Source of the DNA: Leucoraja erinacea
Lineage: Eukaryota
Direction: 5' to 3'
DNA: 64,000 nucleotides
Assembly: GCF_028641065.1 (NCBI RefSeq)
Contig: NW_026576090.1
Span: 62,001 to 126,000 of the forward strand
Shown here: positions 37,500 to 49,730 of the stretch, one piece after another
Numbering within the stretch: the stretch's first letter is position 1
Layout of the letters: each line of letters opens with the position of its first letter
Translations under genes and position numbers: made by a program
Notes under the pieces: generated by a model
What the model saw: only the letters and a program-made list of their open reading frames with translations
Databases searched by the model: none
Told to the model about the DNA's origin: nothing

Positions 37500-40400
37500 T
37501 GGCAAATTTTGCAAGGGAGATTTGCGAAGGCTACGGGGGAGACTTTAAACTAGAACGGTTGGGGGGGAGGGACTCAAATAGAGAAAGCTAGTAGACAGTG
37601 TGTGAGGTAGGAGGCAGAGAAGGGAAGCACTCAGACCCAACATGTACGGGAGAAAGAAGACAAAGATAATAAACAGAATAAGAGAGGGTGGGTTTCTTAA
37701 ATGTGTATATTTTAATGCTAGGAGCATTGTAAGAAAAGTGGATGAGCTTAGAGCCTGGATTGACACCTGGAAGTATGATGTTGTGGCGATCAGTGAAACA
37801 TGGTTGCAGGAGGGCTGTGATTGGAAACTAAATATTCCAGGATTTCGTTGCTTCAGGTGTGATAGAATTGGAGGGGCAAGAGGTGGAGGTGTTGCATTGC
37901 TAGTCAGGGAAAATATTACAGCAGTGCTTTGGCAGGATAGGTTAGAGGGCTCATCTAGGGAGGCTATTTGGGTGGGACTGAGAAATGGGAAAGGTGTAGC
38001 AACACTTATAGGGGTGTATTATAGACCGCCAAATGAGGAGCGAGAATTGGAAGAGCAAATATGTAAGGAGATAGCAGATATTAGTAGTAAGCACAAGGTA
38101 GTGATTGTGGGAGATTTCAATTTTCCACACATAGACTGGGAAACACATTCTGTAAAAGGGCTGGATGGTTTGGAGTTTGTAAAATGTGTGCAGGATAGTT
38201 TTTTGCAGCAATACATAGAGGTACCTACTAGAGAAGGGGCAGTGCTGGACCTCCTGTTAGGAAATGAGACAGGTCAGGTGGCGGAGGTATGTGTTGGGGA
38301 GCACTCCGGGTCCAGTGATCACAATACCATTAGTTTCAATATAATTATGGAGAGGGTCAGAACTGGACCAAGGGTTGAGATTTTTGATTGGAAAAAGGCT
38401 AACTTTGAGGAGATGCGAAAGGATTTAAAAGGAGTGAATTGGGACATTTTGTTTTATGGGAAGTAGAGAAATGGAGGACATTTAAAGGTGAAATTTTAAG
38501 AGTACAGAATCTTTATGTCCCTGTTCGGTTGAAAGGAAATAGTAGTAATTGGAAAGAGCCCTGGTTTTCAAGGGAAATTGGACACTTGGTTCGGAAAAAG
38601 AGAGAGATCTACAATAATGATAGGCAGCATGGAGTAAATGAGGTGCTTGAGGAGTATAAAGAATGTAAAAAGAATCTTAAGAAAGAAATTAGAAAAGCTA
38701 AAAGAAGATATGAGGTTGCTTTGGCAAGTAAGGTAAAAGTAAATCCAAAAGGTTGAACAATTTCTTTTCTTCGGTATTCACCAAAAAGAAGGATATTGAA
38801 TTATGTGAGGTAAGGGAAACAAGTAGAGTAGCTATGGAAACTATGAGGATCAAAGTAGAGGAAGTACTGACACTTGAAAAATATAAAAGTGGATAAGTCT
38901 CCATGTCCTGACAGGATATTCCCTAGGACATTGAGGGAAGTTAGTGTAGAAATAGCAGGGGCTATGACAGAAATATTTCAAATGTCATTAGAAACGGGAA
39001 TGGTGCCGGAGGATTGGCGTACTGTGCATGTTTTTCCATTGTTTAAAAAGGGGTCTAAGAGTAAACCTAGCAATTATAGACCTGTTAGTTTAGGGTGGGC
39101 AAATTAATGGAAAGGATACTTAGAGATAATATATATAATCATCTGGATAAACAGGGTCTGATTAGGAACAGTCAACATGGATTTGTGCCTGGAAGGTCAT
39201 GTTTGACTAATCTTCTTGAATTTTTTGAAGAGGTTACTAGGGAAATTGATGAAGGTAAAGCAGTGGATGTTGTCTATATGAACTTCAGTAAGGCCTTTGA
39301 CAAGGTTCCTCATGGAAGGTTGGTTAAGAAGATGCAATTGTTGATTATTAATGGTGGAGTAGCAAGATGGATTCAACAGTGGCTCAATGGGAGATGCCAG
39401 AGAGTAATGGTGGATAACTGTTTATCAGGTTGGAGGCCGGTGACTAGTGGGATGCCTCAGGGATCTGTGTTGAGTCCACTGTTGTTTGTCATGTACATCA
39501 ATGATCTGGATGATGGTGTGGTAAATTGGATTAGTAAGTATGCAGATGATACTAAGATATGTGGTGTTGTGGATAATGAAGTAGATTTTCAAAGTATACA
39601 GAGAGATTTAGGCCATTTGGAAGAGTGGGCTGAAAGATGGCAAATGGAGTTTAATGCTGATAAGTGTGAGGTGCTACATCTTGGCAGGACAAATCAAAAT
39701 AGGACGTACATGGTAAATGGTAGCGAATTGAGGAATGCAGTTGAACAGAGGGATCTAGGAATAACTGTGTATAGTTCCCTGAAGGTGGAATCTCATGTAG
39801 ATAGGGTGGTAAAGAACGCTTTTGGTATGCTGGCCTTTATAAATCAGAGCATTGAGTATAGAAGTTTGGATAGAAACATGAAACATAGAAAATAGGTGTA
39901 GGAGGAGGCCATTCGGCCCTTCGAGCCTGCACCGCCATTCAATATGATCATGGCTGATCATCCAACTCAGTATCCTGTACCTGCCTTATCTCCATACCCC
40001 CTGATCCCTTTAGCCACATCTAACTCCCTCTTAAATATAGCCAATGAACTGGCCTCAACTACCTTCTGTGGCAGAGAATTCCACAGATTCACCACTCTCT
40101 GTGTGAAAAATGTTTTTTTCATCTCGGTCCTAAAAGATTTCCCCCTTATCCTTAAACTGTGACCCCCTTGTTCTGGACTTCCCCAACATCGGGAACAATC
40201 TTCCTGCATCTAGCCTGTCCAACCTCTTAAGAATTGTGTAAGTTTCTATAAGGTCCCCCCTCAATCTTCTAAATTCTAGCGAGTACAAGCCAAGTCTATC
40301 CAGTCTTTCTTCATATGAAAGTCCTGACATCCCAGGAATCAGTCTGGTGAACCTTCTCTGTACTCCCTCTATGGCAAGAATGTCCTTCCTCAGATTAGGA

Positions 40401-41270
40401 AACCAAAACTGTACGCAATACTCCAGGTGTGGTCTCACCAATACCCTGTACAACTGCAGTAGAACCTCCCTGCTCCTATACTCAAATCCTTTTGCTATGA
40501 ATGCTAACATACCATTCACTTTCTTCACTGCCTGCTGCACCTGCATGCCTACTGGTGTCCATGACTGGTGTACCATGACACCCAGGTCTTGTTGCATCTC
40601 CCCCCTTTTCCTAATCGGCCACCATTCAGATAATAGTCTACTTTCCTGTTTTTGCCACCAAAGTGGATAATCTCACATTTATCCACATTGTAATGGATGT
40701 AATGTTAAAATTGTACAAGGCATTGGTGAGGCCAATTCTGAAGTATGGTGTACAATTTTGGTCGCCTAATTATAGGAAAGTTGTCAACAAAATAGAGAGA
40801 GTAGAGAGGAGATTTACTAGAATGTTGCCTGGTTTTCAGCAACTAAGTTGCAGAGAAAGGTTGAACAAGATTTATTCTTTATTCTTTGGAGCGCAGAAGG
40901 TTAAGGGGCGACTTGATCGAGGTCTTTAAAATTATGAGAGGGATAGACAGAGTTGACGTGGACCAGCTTTTTCCATTGAGAGTGGGAAGATTCAAACAAG
41001 AGGACATGATTTGAGAATTAAGGGACAAAAGTTTCGGGGTAGTGGTAGCTGTGTGGAATGAGCTTCCAGTGGAAGTGGTGGAGGCAGGTTCGATTTTATA
41101 ATTTAAAAATAAATTGGATAGGTATATGGACAGGAAAGGAATGGAGGGTTATGGTCTGAGTGCAGGTAGATGGGACACGGTGAGAGTAAGTTTTTGGCAC
41201 GGACTCGAAGGGCTGAGATGGCCTGTTTCTGTGCTGTAACTGTTATATTGATTATACGGTTATATAAGTG
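37500..41270 (+). mobile_element. Near-full-length CR1 ORF2 (decayed) with a nested antisense CR1 at ~39870-40690
   Basis: ORF 37642-38466 is the APE domain (YFNARS, ISETWL, GVYYRPP, GDFN, SDH). ORF 39095-39895 is RT (QHGF, KAFDKVPH, PQGS, YADD). ORF 40130-40597 on - is a different CR1 copy. Confidence 0.92.
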
Positions 41271-42469
41271 GGACTAGGGTAGCTGGGATATTGTTGGCCG
41301 GTGTGGGCGTGTTGGGCCAAAGGGCCTGTTTCCACACTGTATTAATCTATGACTGTATGAGTGCACCAAATACACCAGATACTGGGCTAAAACCCATCAG
41401 GAGAGGACATGGACAGGTTCAGAATAGGATACAACAGATACCGAGGAGTCAACACCAGCACCTGATCCAAATGGCGTAGGTGTGAGGGCCAGACATGGCA
41501 GGAAAGCCCAAGGGGGCCGGGTATTGGAGGAACACACCCTGGGGAAAAGACATTGGAGACATGACCAGACAATGGTAGACCCCCGGGGGAGTGTTGTAGA
41601 CCAGAGGGGTCTAGGAGTACAGGTGCAGTGTTGTAGAGCAGAGGGGGTCCTTGAAGGTGGAGTTGCAGGTAGATAGGGTGGTCAACAAGGCTTTTGACAC
41701 ATTGGCTTTCATCAGTCAGAGTATTGAGTATAGAAGTTGGGAGGTCATGTTTGAATTCTCTGCCTCGGAGGGTGGTGGAGGCCAGTTCTCTGGATACTTT
41801 CAAGAGAGAGCTATATAGGGCTCTTAAAGATAACGGAGTCAGGGGATATGGGGAGGAGGCAGGAACGGGCTACAGATTATGGATGATCAGCCATGATCAC
41901 ATTGAATGGCGGTGCTGGCTCGAAGGGCCGAATGGCCTACTCCTGCACCTATTATCTAATATATGTCATTGATGGGACCACATTTACAGTATTGTGTTCA
42001 GTTCTGGGCACAATGTTATTGTGAAGATGCCAACAAGCTGGAAGGGTACAGAGAAGGTTTATGAGGATGTTGCCGGGATATGAGGGTCGGCTACAGGGAG
42101 AGGTTGCGTAGGCTGGGACTCTATTCCATGGAGCGCAGGAGGATGAGGGGAGATCTTATAGAGGTGTACAAAATCATGAGTGGAATAGATCGGGTAGATG
42201 CACAGAGTCTCTTGCCCAGAGTAGGGGAATCGAGGACCAGAGGACACGGGTTCAAAGTGAAGGGGAAAAGATTAAATGGGAATCTGAGGGGTAACTTTTC
42301 CACAGAGAGGGTGGTGGGTGTACGGAATGAGCTGCCGGAGGAGGTAGTTGAGGCTGGGATTATCCCAATATTTAAGAAACAGTTGGACAGGTACATGGAT
42401 AGGACAGGTTTGGAAGGATGTGAGCCAAACACAGGCAGGTGGGACTAGTGGGGGACATGGAAACAATTG

Positions 42470-42985
42470 ATGAAATCAATATTCATACTGCTGGGTTGTA
42501 AGCTGTCCAAGTGAAATATGAGATGCTGTTCCCCCAATTCGTGTTTCGTCTCTGACAATGGAGGAGGTCCAGGACAGAAAGGTCAGTGTGGGAATGGGAA
42601 GGGGAATTAAAGTGTTTTGCAACCGGGAGATCAGGTTGGTCCAGGCAGACTGAGCGACGGTGATCAGTGAAATGATCGCCCAATCTACGTTTGGTCTCGA
42701 GAAAGGGAGAAAGCAAGGACTACCTGAAATAGCAGTATGAACATTGCCTTCTCCAATTTCAGGTAGTCCCTGCTTTCTCCCTCTTTCCTCGCCCCTTCCC
42801 AGCTCTCCCACAGCCTACTGCCTCCGCCTCTTCCTTTCTTCTACCCACCCCCAGTCTGAAGAAGGGTCTCGACCCGAAAGGTCACCTATTCCTTTTCTCC
42901 ATCGATGCTGCCTCACCCGCTGAGTTTCTCCAGCATTTTTGTCTACCTTCGATTTTTACAGCATCTGCAGTTCCTTCTTAAACAA
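42470..42985. mobile_element. Penelope-like element: GIY-YIG 3' end on - strand joined to an inverted (+) 3' end/pseudo-LTR
   Basis: Minus strand ETKRRLGDHFTDHRRSV..PVAKHFNSPSHS..; plus strand SMNIAFSNFR* at ~42733-42766, followed by the pLTR-type repeat. Confidence 0.8.
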
Positions 42986-44445
42986 TCTCTTTCCCAATGT
43001 CACAGCTACAGACACAGGCCTTTAATTGCACAGATTTAATGGACTGACTTTAAACTCCTCACCGCTGTGGTGTGGTGGGGACACGGTCTCCAGATCACAC
43101 ACAACTTCTGAATGACATCATTCACTGGAACATTCTGACAGTGTATCCCTACTGAAGCACAATACAGAGAGGCCAACAACAATACAGACCCAGCCCACTC
43201 ACACTGCCTTTGCACACCTTCATTCCATCTACCTCCTTGTCCTCTCTCCTTCTCTCTCCTGCTCCATACACTGGTGTTCACAATGATCCCTCTGCCTTCC
43301 ACTTTATAACACACTGCAACAGTCTGCCTTTTTCGCTCGATTATACATCGTACCCCACGTTCCTCCTCCTTCGCCATGCGCCTCTCTCTCTCTCTCTGTG
43401 CCTGTCTCTCTCTGTCTATGTGTCTCTCACTGTCTCTGTCTGTCTGTCTCTCTCACTCTGTCTGTTTCTGTCTCTCTCTGTCCCTCACTGTTTCTCTCTG
43501 TCTTTGTCTCTCGGTTTTGGTCTCTCTTTCTGTCTCTCAACAAGACAATATCTTCCATGTTCCACAACAGCATGATGACAGCAGCAAACAGAGACAGCAT
43601 CTGTTGCTCAGCAGCCAGACTCCCTCCCACCCTCACATTCCGACCGTCTATAAAGACAGGACGATGGAACAAACAAGGACCCTACAATGCCACTGGCCTC
43701 TGCTCGCTCCAGGAATGTCTGCTCTGACCCTGGTCTCCCATCTCCTCCGATTTTCCCTCCAGAAGTGCTGCCACTCCTCCAGTATATTTCCCACACTTCG
43801 CTGCTGGCAAATAACGGCCTTGACTTCTGCTTTCTGTCTCTGCTTCTCTCCTCTCAGCCAATGGCTAGAAAAATGTGTGGGAAGGAAGTGCAGACTGCAG
43901 AACTGCAGTCTATCTGGTTTACTCTGAAGATGGACACGAAATGCTGGAGTAACTCAGCGGGACAGGCAGCATCTCTGGAGAGAAAGAATGGGTGACGTTT
44001 TGGGTCGAGTCCCTTTCTTCTCAAGAGAGAGTTAGATTTAGCTCTTAGGGCTAAGGGAATCAAGGGATATGGGGGAAAAGCAGGAACGGGGTACTGATTT
44101 TAGATGATCAGCCATGATCATACTCAATGGCGGTGCTGGCTCGAAGGGCCGAATGGCGGTGGAAGGATGTTTTTCAAATTTTAAAACAACTACTGGGCAT
44201 ATTTTGTGCTGATTCAGTTTATAACTGGCAATTTGGGAAGGCAACTGTGGCAACTTTAACAACTTGTAAACAAAGATCACAGGTTCAAATCCCGCCAGTG
44301 GCCATATTTGCTTCCCTTTTACAGGGTGGCACAATGGTGCAGCAGATAGAGCTGCTGCCTCATAGACTCAGGCATGATCCTGACCTCAGGTGCTGTCTGT
44401 GAAGTTTGCACGTTCTCCCTGTGACCGGGTGAGTTTTTGTCCAGG

Positions 44446-44767
44446 AACAGTCTGAAGAAATTCCACATCACATCAAGCAACTGGGAGCACATTGCACTGG
44501 ACAGGCACTCCTGGAGGAAATCCGTGCAGGAAGGAGCTGCTCGTCACAAAATGAACCTACGCCATGTCGCAGCGACAAAGCGACAGCACCGTAAGGAGAG
44601 AGAGAAGGGGGCTGGATGACTACCAACCACCGCCAGTCTCCACTGCCCACATTGCTCCAAGGTGTCGGCCTCTACAGACATCTGTCTGCAGACCCACAAG
44701 TGGACGACCCTATGGAGAGGAGAGGGCAGTCATACTTGTTTCGAGTGACCACCGATGATGATGATGA
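44446..44767 (+). mobile_element. RTE-clade LINE 3' fragment inserted into a SINE
   Basis: SLKKFHITSSNWEHIALDRHSWR; (GAT)n tail; 10-bp TSD TTTGTCCAGG at 44436-44445 and 44768-44777. Confidence 0.75.
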
Positions 44768-45094
44768 TTTGTCCAGGTGCTCTGGTTTCCTCCCACATCT
44801 CAAAGACATACGTGTTTGTACGTTAACTCAAGCTAACTAGGTTATCCCACTTATCTATTCCCTGCACAACAGTGTAATTTACAAAAACTGTGGTCAGCGT
44901 GCACTTGGAGGGCAGAAGGGCCTGTTTCCCTACAATGGGGAATTAGGGGAGGGCACCATCAATTATGTTTGTTTGCTCTGGGCACTGTGAGCTGCAGGTG
45001 CTGGTTTACACCGAAGATAGACACAAAATGTTGGGAGTAACTCAGCGGGACCAGGCAGCATCTCTGAAGAGAAGGAATGGGTGACATTAAACGA

Positions 45095-45590
45095 CCTTGG
45101 TGAACTTCTACCGCTGCACCATCGAGAGCATCCTTACCAACTGCATCACAGTATGGTATGGCAACTGCTCTGTCTCTGACCGGAAGGCATTGCAGAGGGT
45201 GGTGAAAATTGCCCAACGCATCACCGGTTCCTCGCTCCCCTCCATTGAGTCTGTCCAAAGCAAGCGTTGTCTGCGGAGGGCGCTCAGCATCGCCAAGGAC
45301 TGCTCTCACCCCAACCATGGACTGTTTAACCTCCTACCATCCGGGAGGCGCTACAGGTCTCTCCGTTGCCGAACCAGCAGGTCGAGGAACAGCTTCGTCC
45401 CGGCGGCTATCACTCTACTCAACAACGTACCTCGGTGACTGCCAATCACCACCCCCCCCAGACACTTATTATTATTTATTCAAATCATTTGCTATGTCGC
45501 TCTTCCAGGGAGATGCTAAATGCATTTTGTTGTCTCTGTACTGTACACTGACAATGACAATTAAAATTGAATCTGAATCTGAATCTGAAT
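45095..45590 (+). mobile_element. Rex1/Babar LINE 3' fragment
   Basis: ORF 45097-45438 FYRCTIESILTNCITVWYG..LPSGRRYRS; (GAATCT)n tail. Confidence 0.85.
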
Positions 45591-46697
45591 CTGGGGTTGA
45601 GACCCTCCCCGCCTGTCTGAAGAAGGGTCTCGACCCGGAACATCACCCATTCCTTCTCAAGTCGTCAAGTCAAGTTTATTTGTCACATACACACACGAGA
45701 TGTGCAGTGAAATGAAAGTGGCAATGCTCGCGGACCTTTGTGCAAAAGACAAACAACAAAACAACCAAACAAACTATAAACACAATCATAACACACATAT
45801 TCTTTTTCATAATAAATAATGGAAGGAAAAACGTTCAGTAAAGTTAGTCCCTGGTGAGATAGGAGTTTACAGTCCGAATGGCCTCTGGGAAGAAACTCCT
45901 TCTCAACCTCTCCGTTCTCACCGCATGGCAACGGAGGCGTTTGCCTGACCGTAGCAGCTGGAACAGTCCGTTGCAGGGGTGGAAGGGGTCTCTAATGATT
46001 TTTGTTGACTCTGGAGTTGCACCTCCTGATGTATAGTTCCTGCAGGGGGGTGAGTGAAGTTCCCATAGTGCGTTCGGCCAAAACGCACTACTCTCTGCAG
46101 AGCCTTCTTGTCCTTGGCAGAGCAATTCCCAAACCAGATGCTAATGTTCCCGGACAAGATCTCTCCAGAGATACTGCATGTCCCACTGAGTTACTCCAGA
46201 TTTTTGTGTCTAACTTTGTTTGGCCAGTCTACAATAAATGGACATTACTTTGTGAAATGCCACTTTCACAATGTTTCCACTAGTGGGAGATAGGGAAAGG
46301 ACGTTCCTTTAGGAAGGTGATGAGGAGGAATTTATTTAGTCAGAGGGTGGTGAATCTGTGGGACTCATTGCCACAGACGGCCATGGAGGCCAAGTCAACG
46401 GCCTTTTTAAGGCAGAGATAAATAAATTATTGATTAGAACGGATGTCAGGGGTTATGGGGAGTAGGCAGGAGAATGGTGTTGAAAGGGATAGATCAGCCT
46501 TGATTGAATGACGGAGTAGACTTGATGGGCCGAATGGCCTAATTCAGCTCCTATCACTTACGACCTTTCCTTGGAATCTGAATGGACTTTGCGGTTGGTG
46601 TTTCTTGTTAGGAAATGGTTGCTCAGCTTTGAAGAGTAAGGTCGGCTTGGCGGAGTGAGTGTGAAGGAGACAGGAGACGGCTGATGGGTGAATGGCC

Positions 46698-46703
46698 TTT
46701 ATT
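46698..46703 (-). terminator. Probable SDR39U1 polyadenylation signal
   Basis: TTTATT on + (AATAAA on -), ~500 nt past the stop codon. Confidence 0.5.
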
Positions 46704-47203
46704 CCGCAGTGGAACCGGTTACAACTGCCCCTCCCCACACTGACCCCACCTCCCCAAACTCACTGCAACACCTGCTAACCCCTGACCTTCCACATTCAGT
46801 CTGACCCCTGACCTCAACCCTCGTCCAAGGCAAGTCGGGGAAGCCCAGCCCTTTAACCCTGACCCCGACCCCTTCACCTCTGACCCTGGCCCAGGTCAGG
46901 ATACCAAAGCGGTCGTGATCTCGGGAAAGCCATTCACTCTGACCACCTGCCGTCTGACCCCCCCTCTCATAACCCCTGACCCTGAGGTCAGCGCAGGACA
47001 GGCCTGAGCTCGGGAAAGTTCTGGTGTGACCTTTTGACCATTGACTCCCACCCTCTGACCCCGACCCCACACTGTGACCGCCTGACCCCATGCCAGAGGT
47101 CACTCCAGCAGGTGGTGGAGGCTGGGTCTGACCCCGGGCTGGGGGTCAGTGGGGTAGGTGGATGGCCAGCCAGAGGTTGACCCCTGACCCGTGACCCTGG
47201 GGG

Positions 47204-47669
47204 TCAGTGGAGGAGGTTGTCGATGGCCGCCTGTGGCCGGGGAAATCGGTACCGGTAGCCACTGTCTAGTGTACGGCGAGGTTCCACCCACTGGCCCTGC
47301 AGCAGCAGCAATGCCCGCTCTGGCCACAGTGCAGCCTGCACCAATGCAGCCGGCACCCGCAGCCGGGCTCCACGCCCCAGGCTCCCCGCCAGTGCCTCCG
47401 CAAACTCCCCCTGGGTGCAGCGAGATGGGGCAACGCCGTTCAGCACCCCTTCCACTCCTCCCAATTTCCCCCCCTTCCCCTTGCACTCTCCCCCCTCCTC
47501 TCACTCCCCCTCCCTCCGCACCCCCTCCAGTGCATGCAGCAAGATCCCAGCCAGGTCTTCCACGTGGATCCAGGGGAAGGGCTGGAGTCCGGAGCCCCCC
47601 CACAAAATCCCATCCAAAACGGCAGCAGCATCGGAGGCAGCACTCCCCCATCTCTCCCCAGGACCACTC
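47204..47669 (-). CDS. SDR39U1: SDR39U1 exon 6 (last; apparent frameshift near 47600 and in-frame TGA at 47501-47503)
   Basis: GVVLGRDGG..MLLPF..GSGLQPFPWIHVEDLAGILLHALE..GVLNGVAP..EFAEALAGSLGR..LLQGQWVEPRRTLDSGYRYRFP..*. Confidence 0.88.
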
Positions 47670-48704
47670 CTGCAGCGGGCGGTGGGGGGAGGGGATAGAG
47701 AGGGGAGACGGGGGGGGAGAGGGGGGCGGGTGAGAGAGAGTGGGGTAAAAGAAAGAGTGGTGAGAGATGAAGCAGACACCCCAGGAACAGACGTAGTGGA
47801 GGGATGGACCCACCATGTGGGATGGATTCAGAGGACGGACGGATGCTGGGGGACAGAGACAGGGGACGGACAGAACGCAGGAAGAGGGAGACAGGCGACT
47901 GTAGTGTGTGTAATGGTGACTGTACCTTGAAGAATTGATGGTGTGGTATTAGTTTAGTTTAGAGATACAGCATGGAAACAGGCCCTTCGGCCCAACTTGC
48001 CCATACAGGCCAACAATGTCCCAGCTACACTAGCTCCCCTGCCTGCATTTGGCCCATATCCCTCCAAACCCGTCCTATCCATGTACCTGTCTAACTGTTT
48101 CTTAAACGATGGGACAGTCCCAGCCTCAACTACCTCCTCCGGCAGCTCGTTCCATACACCCACCTTCCTTTGTGTGAAAAAGTCACCCCTCAGATTCCTA
48201 TTAAATCTTTTCCACTTCTATGTCCTCTGGTCTGCGATTCCCCTACTCTGGGCAAGAGACTAAGAAACATGGAACATAGGAGGAGGCCATTCGAGCCAGC
48301 ACCGCCATTCAAGATAATATTGGTGATCATCCAGGCCCTGCTTTCTCCCCATATCCCTCGATTCCGTTAGGCCTAAGGGCTAAATCTAACCGGACGGGGC
48401 GTGGAAGGACGAGAAGCCGAAGCGAAGAAGTGGAAGCCAAGATACCGAGCGGAAATGATGGCGTTAAACTGAACGGAACCACACCGATAAACCAAATAAG
48501 GGACATGATGTCTCTGGGGACAGGATTTGTCCGAGACCTTGTCAGCGATTGGTCCAGACCCCCACGTCCATCAAACTACTGGCCGGGGGAGACGGGAGGG
48601 TGGGGGGGATTTTTAATTTTCCTAATTTTCGCTTTTGGACTGCTAAAGAGCGGATTATTTTTGTAAGCATGGATCTACCACGGTGCTTGGGGTTAAGAGG
48701 CTGG

Positions 48705-48742
<38 letters not shown>

Positions 48743-49575
48743 CACCCCCCCCCCCCCCCCCCCCCCTCTCTCTATCTATCTATCTCCCCCCCCCCCTCAC
48801 TTGCTCTATCGGCTCGCTCTCTCTCGGCATTCCCGGAATGCTTTGGCGTTTTACAAAGACAACTGCATCTGCAGTTCCTCCCTATTGAAGAAGAACCCTG
48901 GCCCGAAACAACTCCTAATCCATTCCTTCCACAGATGCCGCCTAGCCTGCTAAGTTCCTCCAGCACTCTGTGTTTTTTATTTAACTCTGAAATTGAAGAT
49001 AGACACAAAAAGCTAGACTAACTCAGCGGGACAGGCAGCATCTCTGGATAGAAGGAAAGGGTGACGTTTCGGGTCGAGACCCTGCTTCAGACAATCACAC
49101 AAATACTATCACCGACGAGAGTTCAGTTCAGTCTGGAGAAGGGTCTCGACCCGAAATGTCACCCATTGCTTCTCTCCAGAGTCACTGCCTGTCTGCCGTG
49201 CTTCCGCGCTGTACAATGCAGTGTCCAATATCCCAGCCTTAATGAAACCAATGTTTTAATGAAGTTCAACACAATCTCCTTGCCTTTGTACCCTGCACCT
49301 TCAGTTACAAACCCGTGCACATGGTTGGCATTGTTGGGACCGCATATTTTTTACAATTTCCCCTATCACCCAGAGTGTATTTCCCATTGGAAAGCAGAAT
49401 ATAGTTGATGCGGTCGGTTAGATCAGATGAAAGCTGGTTCCGAAGGTCGGGACGAACCGACCGTGGGGGACAGAGACAGGGGACGGACCAACTGTGGGGG
49501 ACAGAGACAGGGGATGGACTGACCGTGGGGGAGGGAGACAGGGACGGACAGACCCGGGGGGAAGGGGGGGTTTAC

Positions 49576-49728
49576 CTGCACGGACCACCACCTGCCTCAC
49601 GAGCCGACCTATTCCCTCGGGCAGTCGGGCCGCTGACTCCCAGTCACCCACCAACCGCGAGAAGAAGTCAAAGTCACCGCCAACACTCCCCTCGTGGTAC
49701 TCCTCCCGCAGGCTGGGCCGGTAGTAGC
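49576..49728 (-). CDS. SDR39U1: SDR39U1 exon 5
   Basis: YYRPSLREEYHEGSVGGDFDFFSRLVGDWESAARLP..RQVVVRAG; canonical AG/GT boundaries. Confidence 0.93.
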
Positions 49729-49730
49729 CT

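Noticed and set aside
37642-39895. Endonuclease and RT ORFs as a host gene or an active element
   Set aside because: CR1 ORF2 broken by frameshifts, deletions and a nested insertion.
43376-43927. 183-aa ORF between IgW and SDR39U1
   Set aside because: Starts in a (CT/GT)n microsatellite and has no recognisable domain or splice structure.
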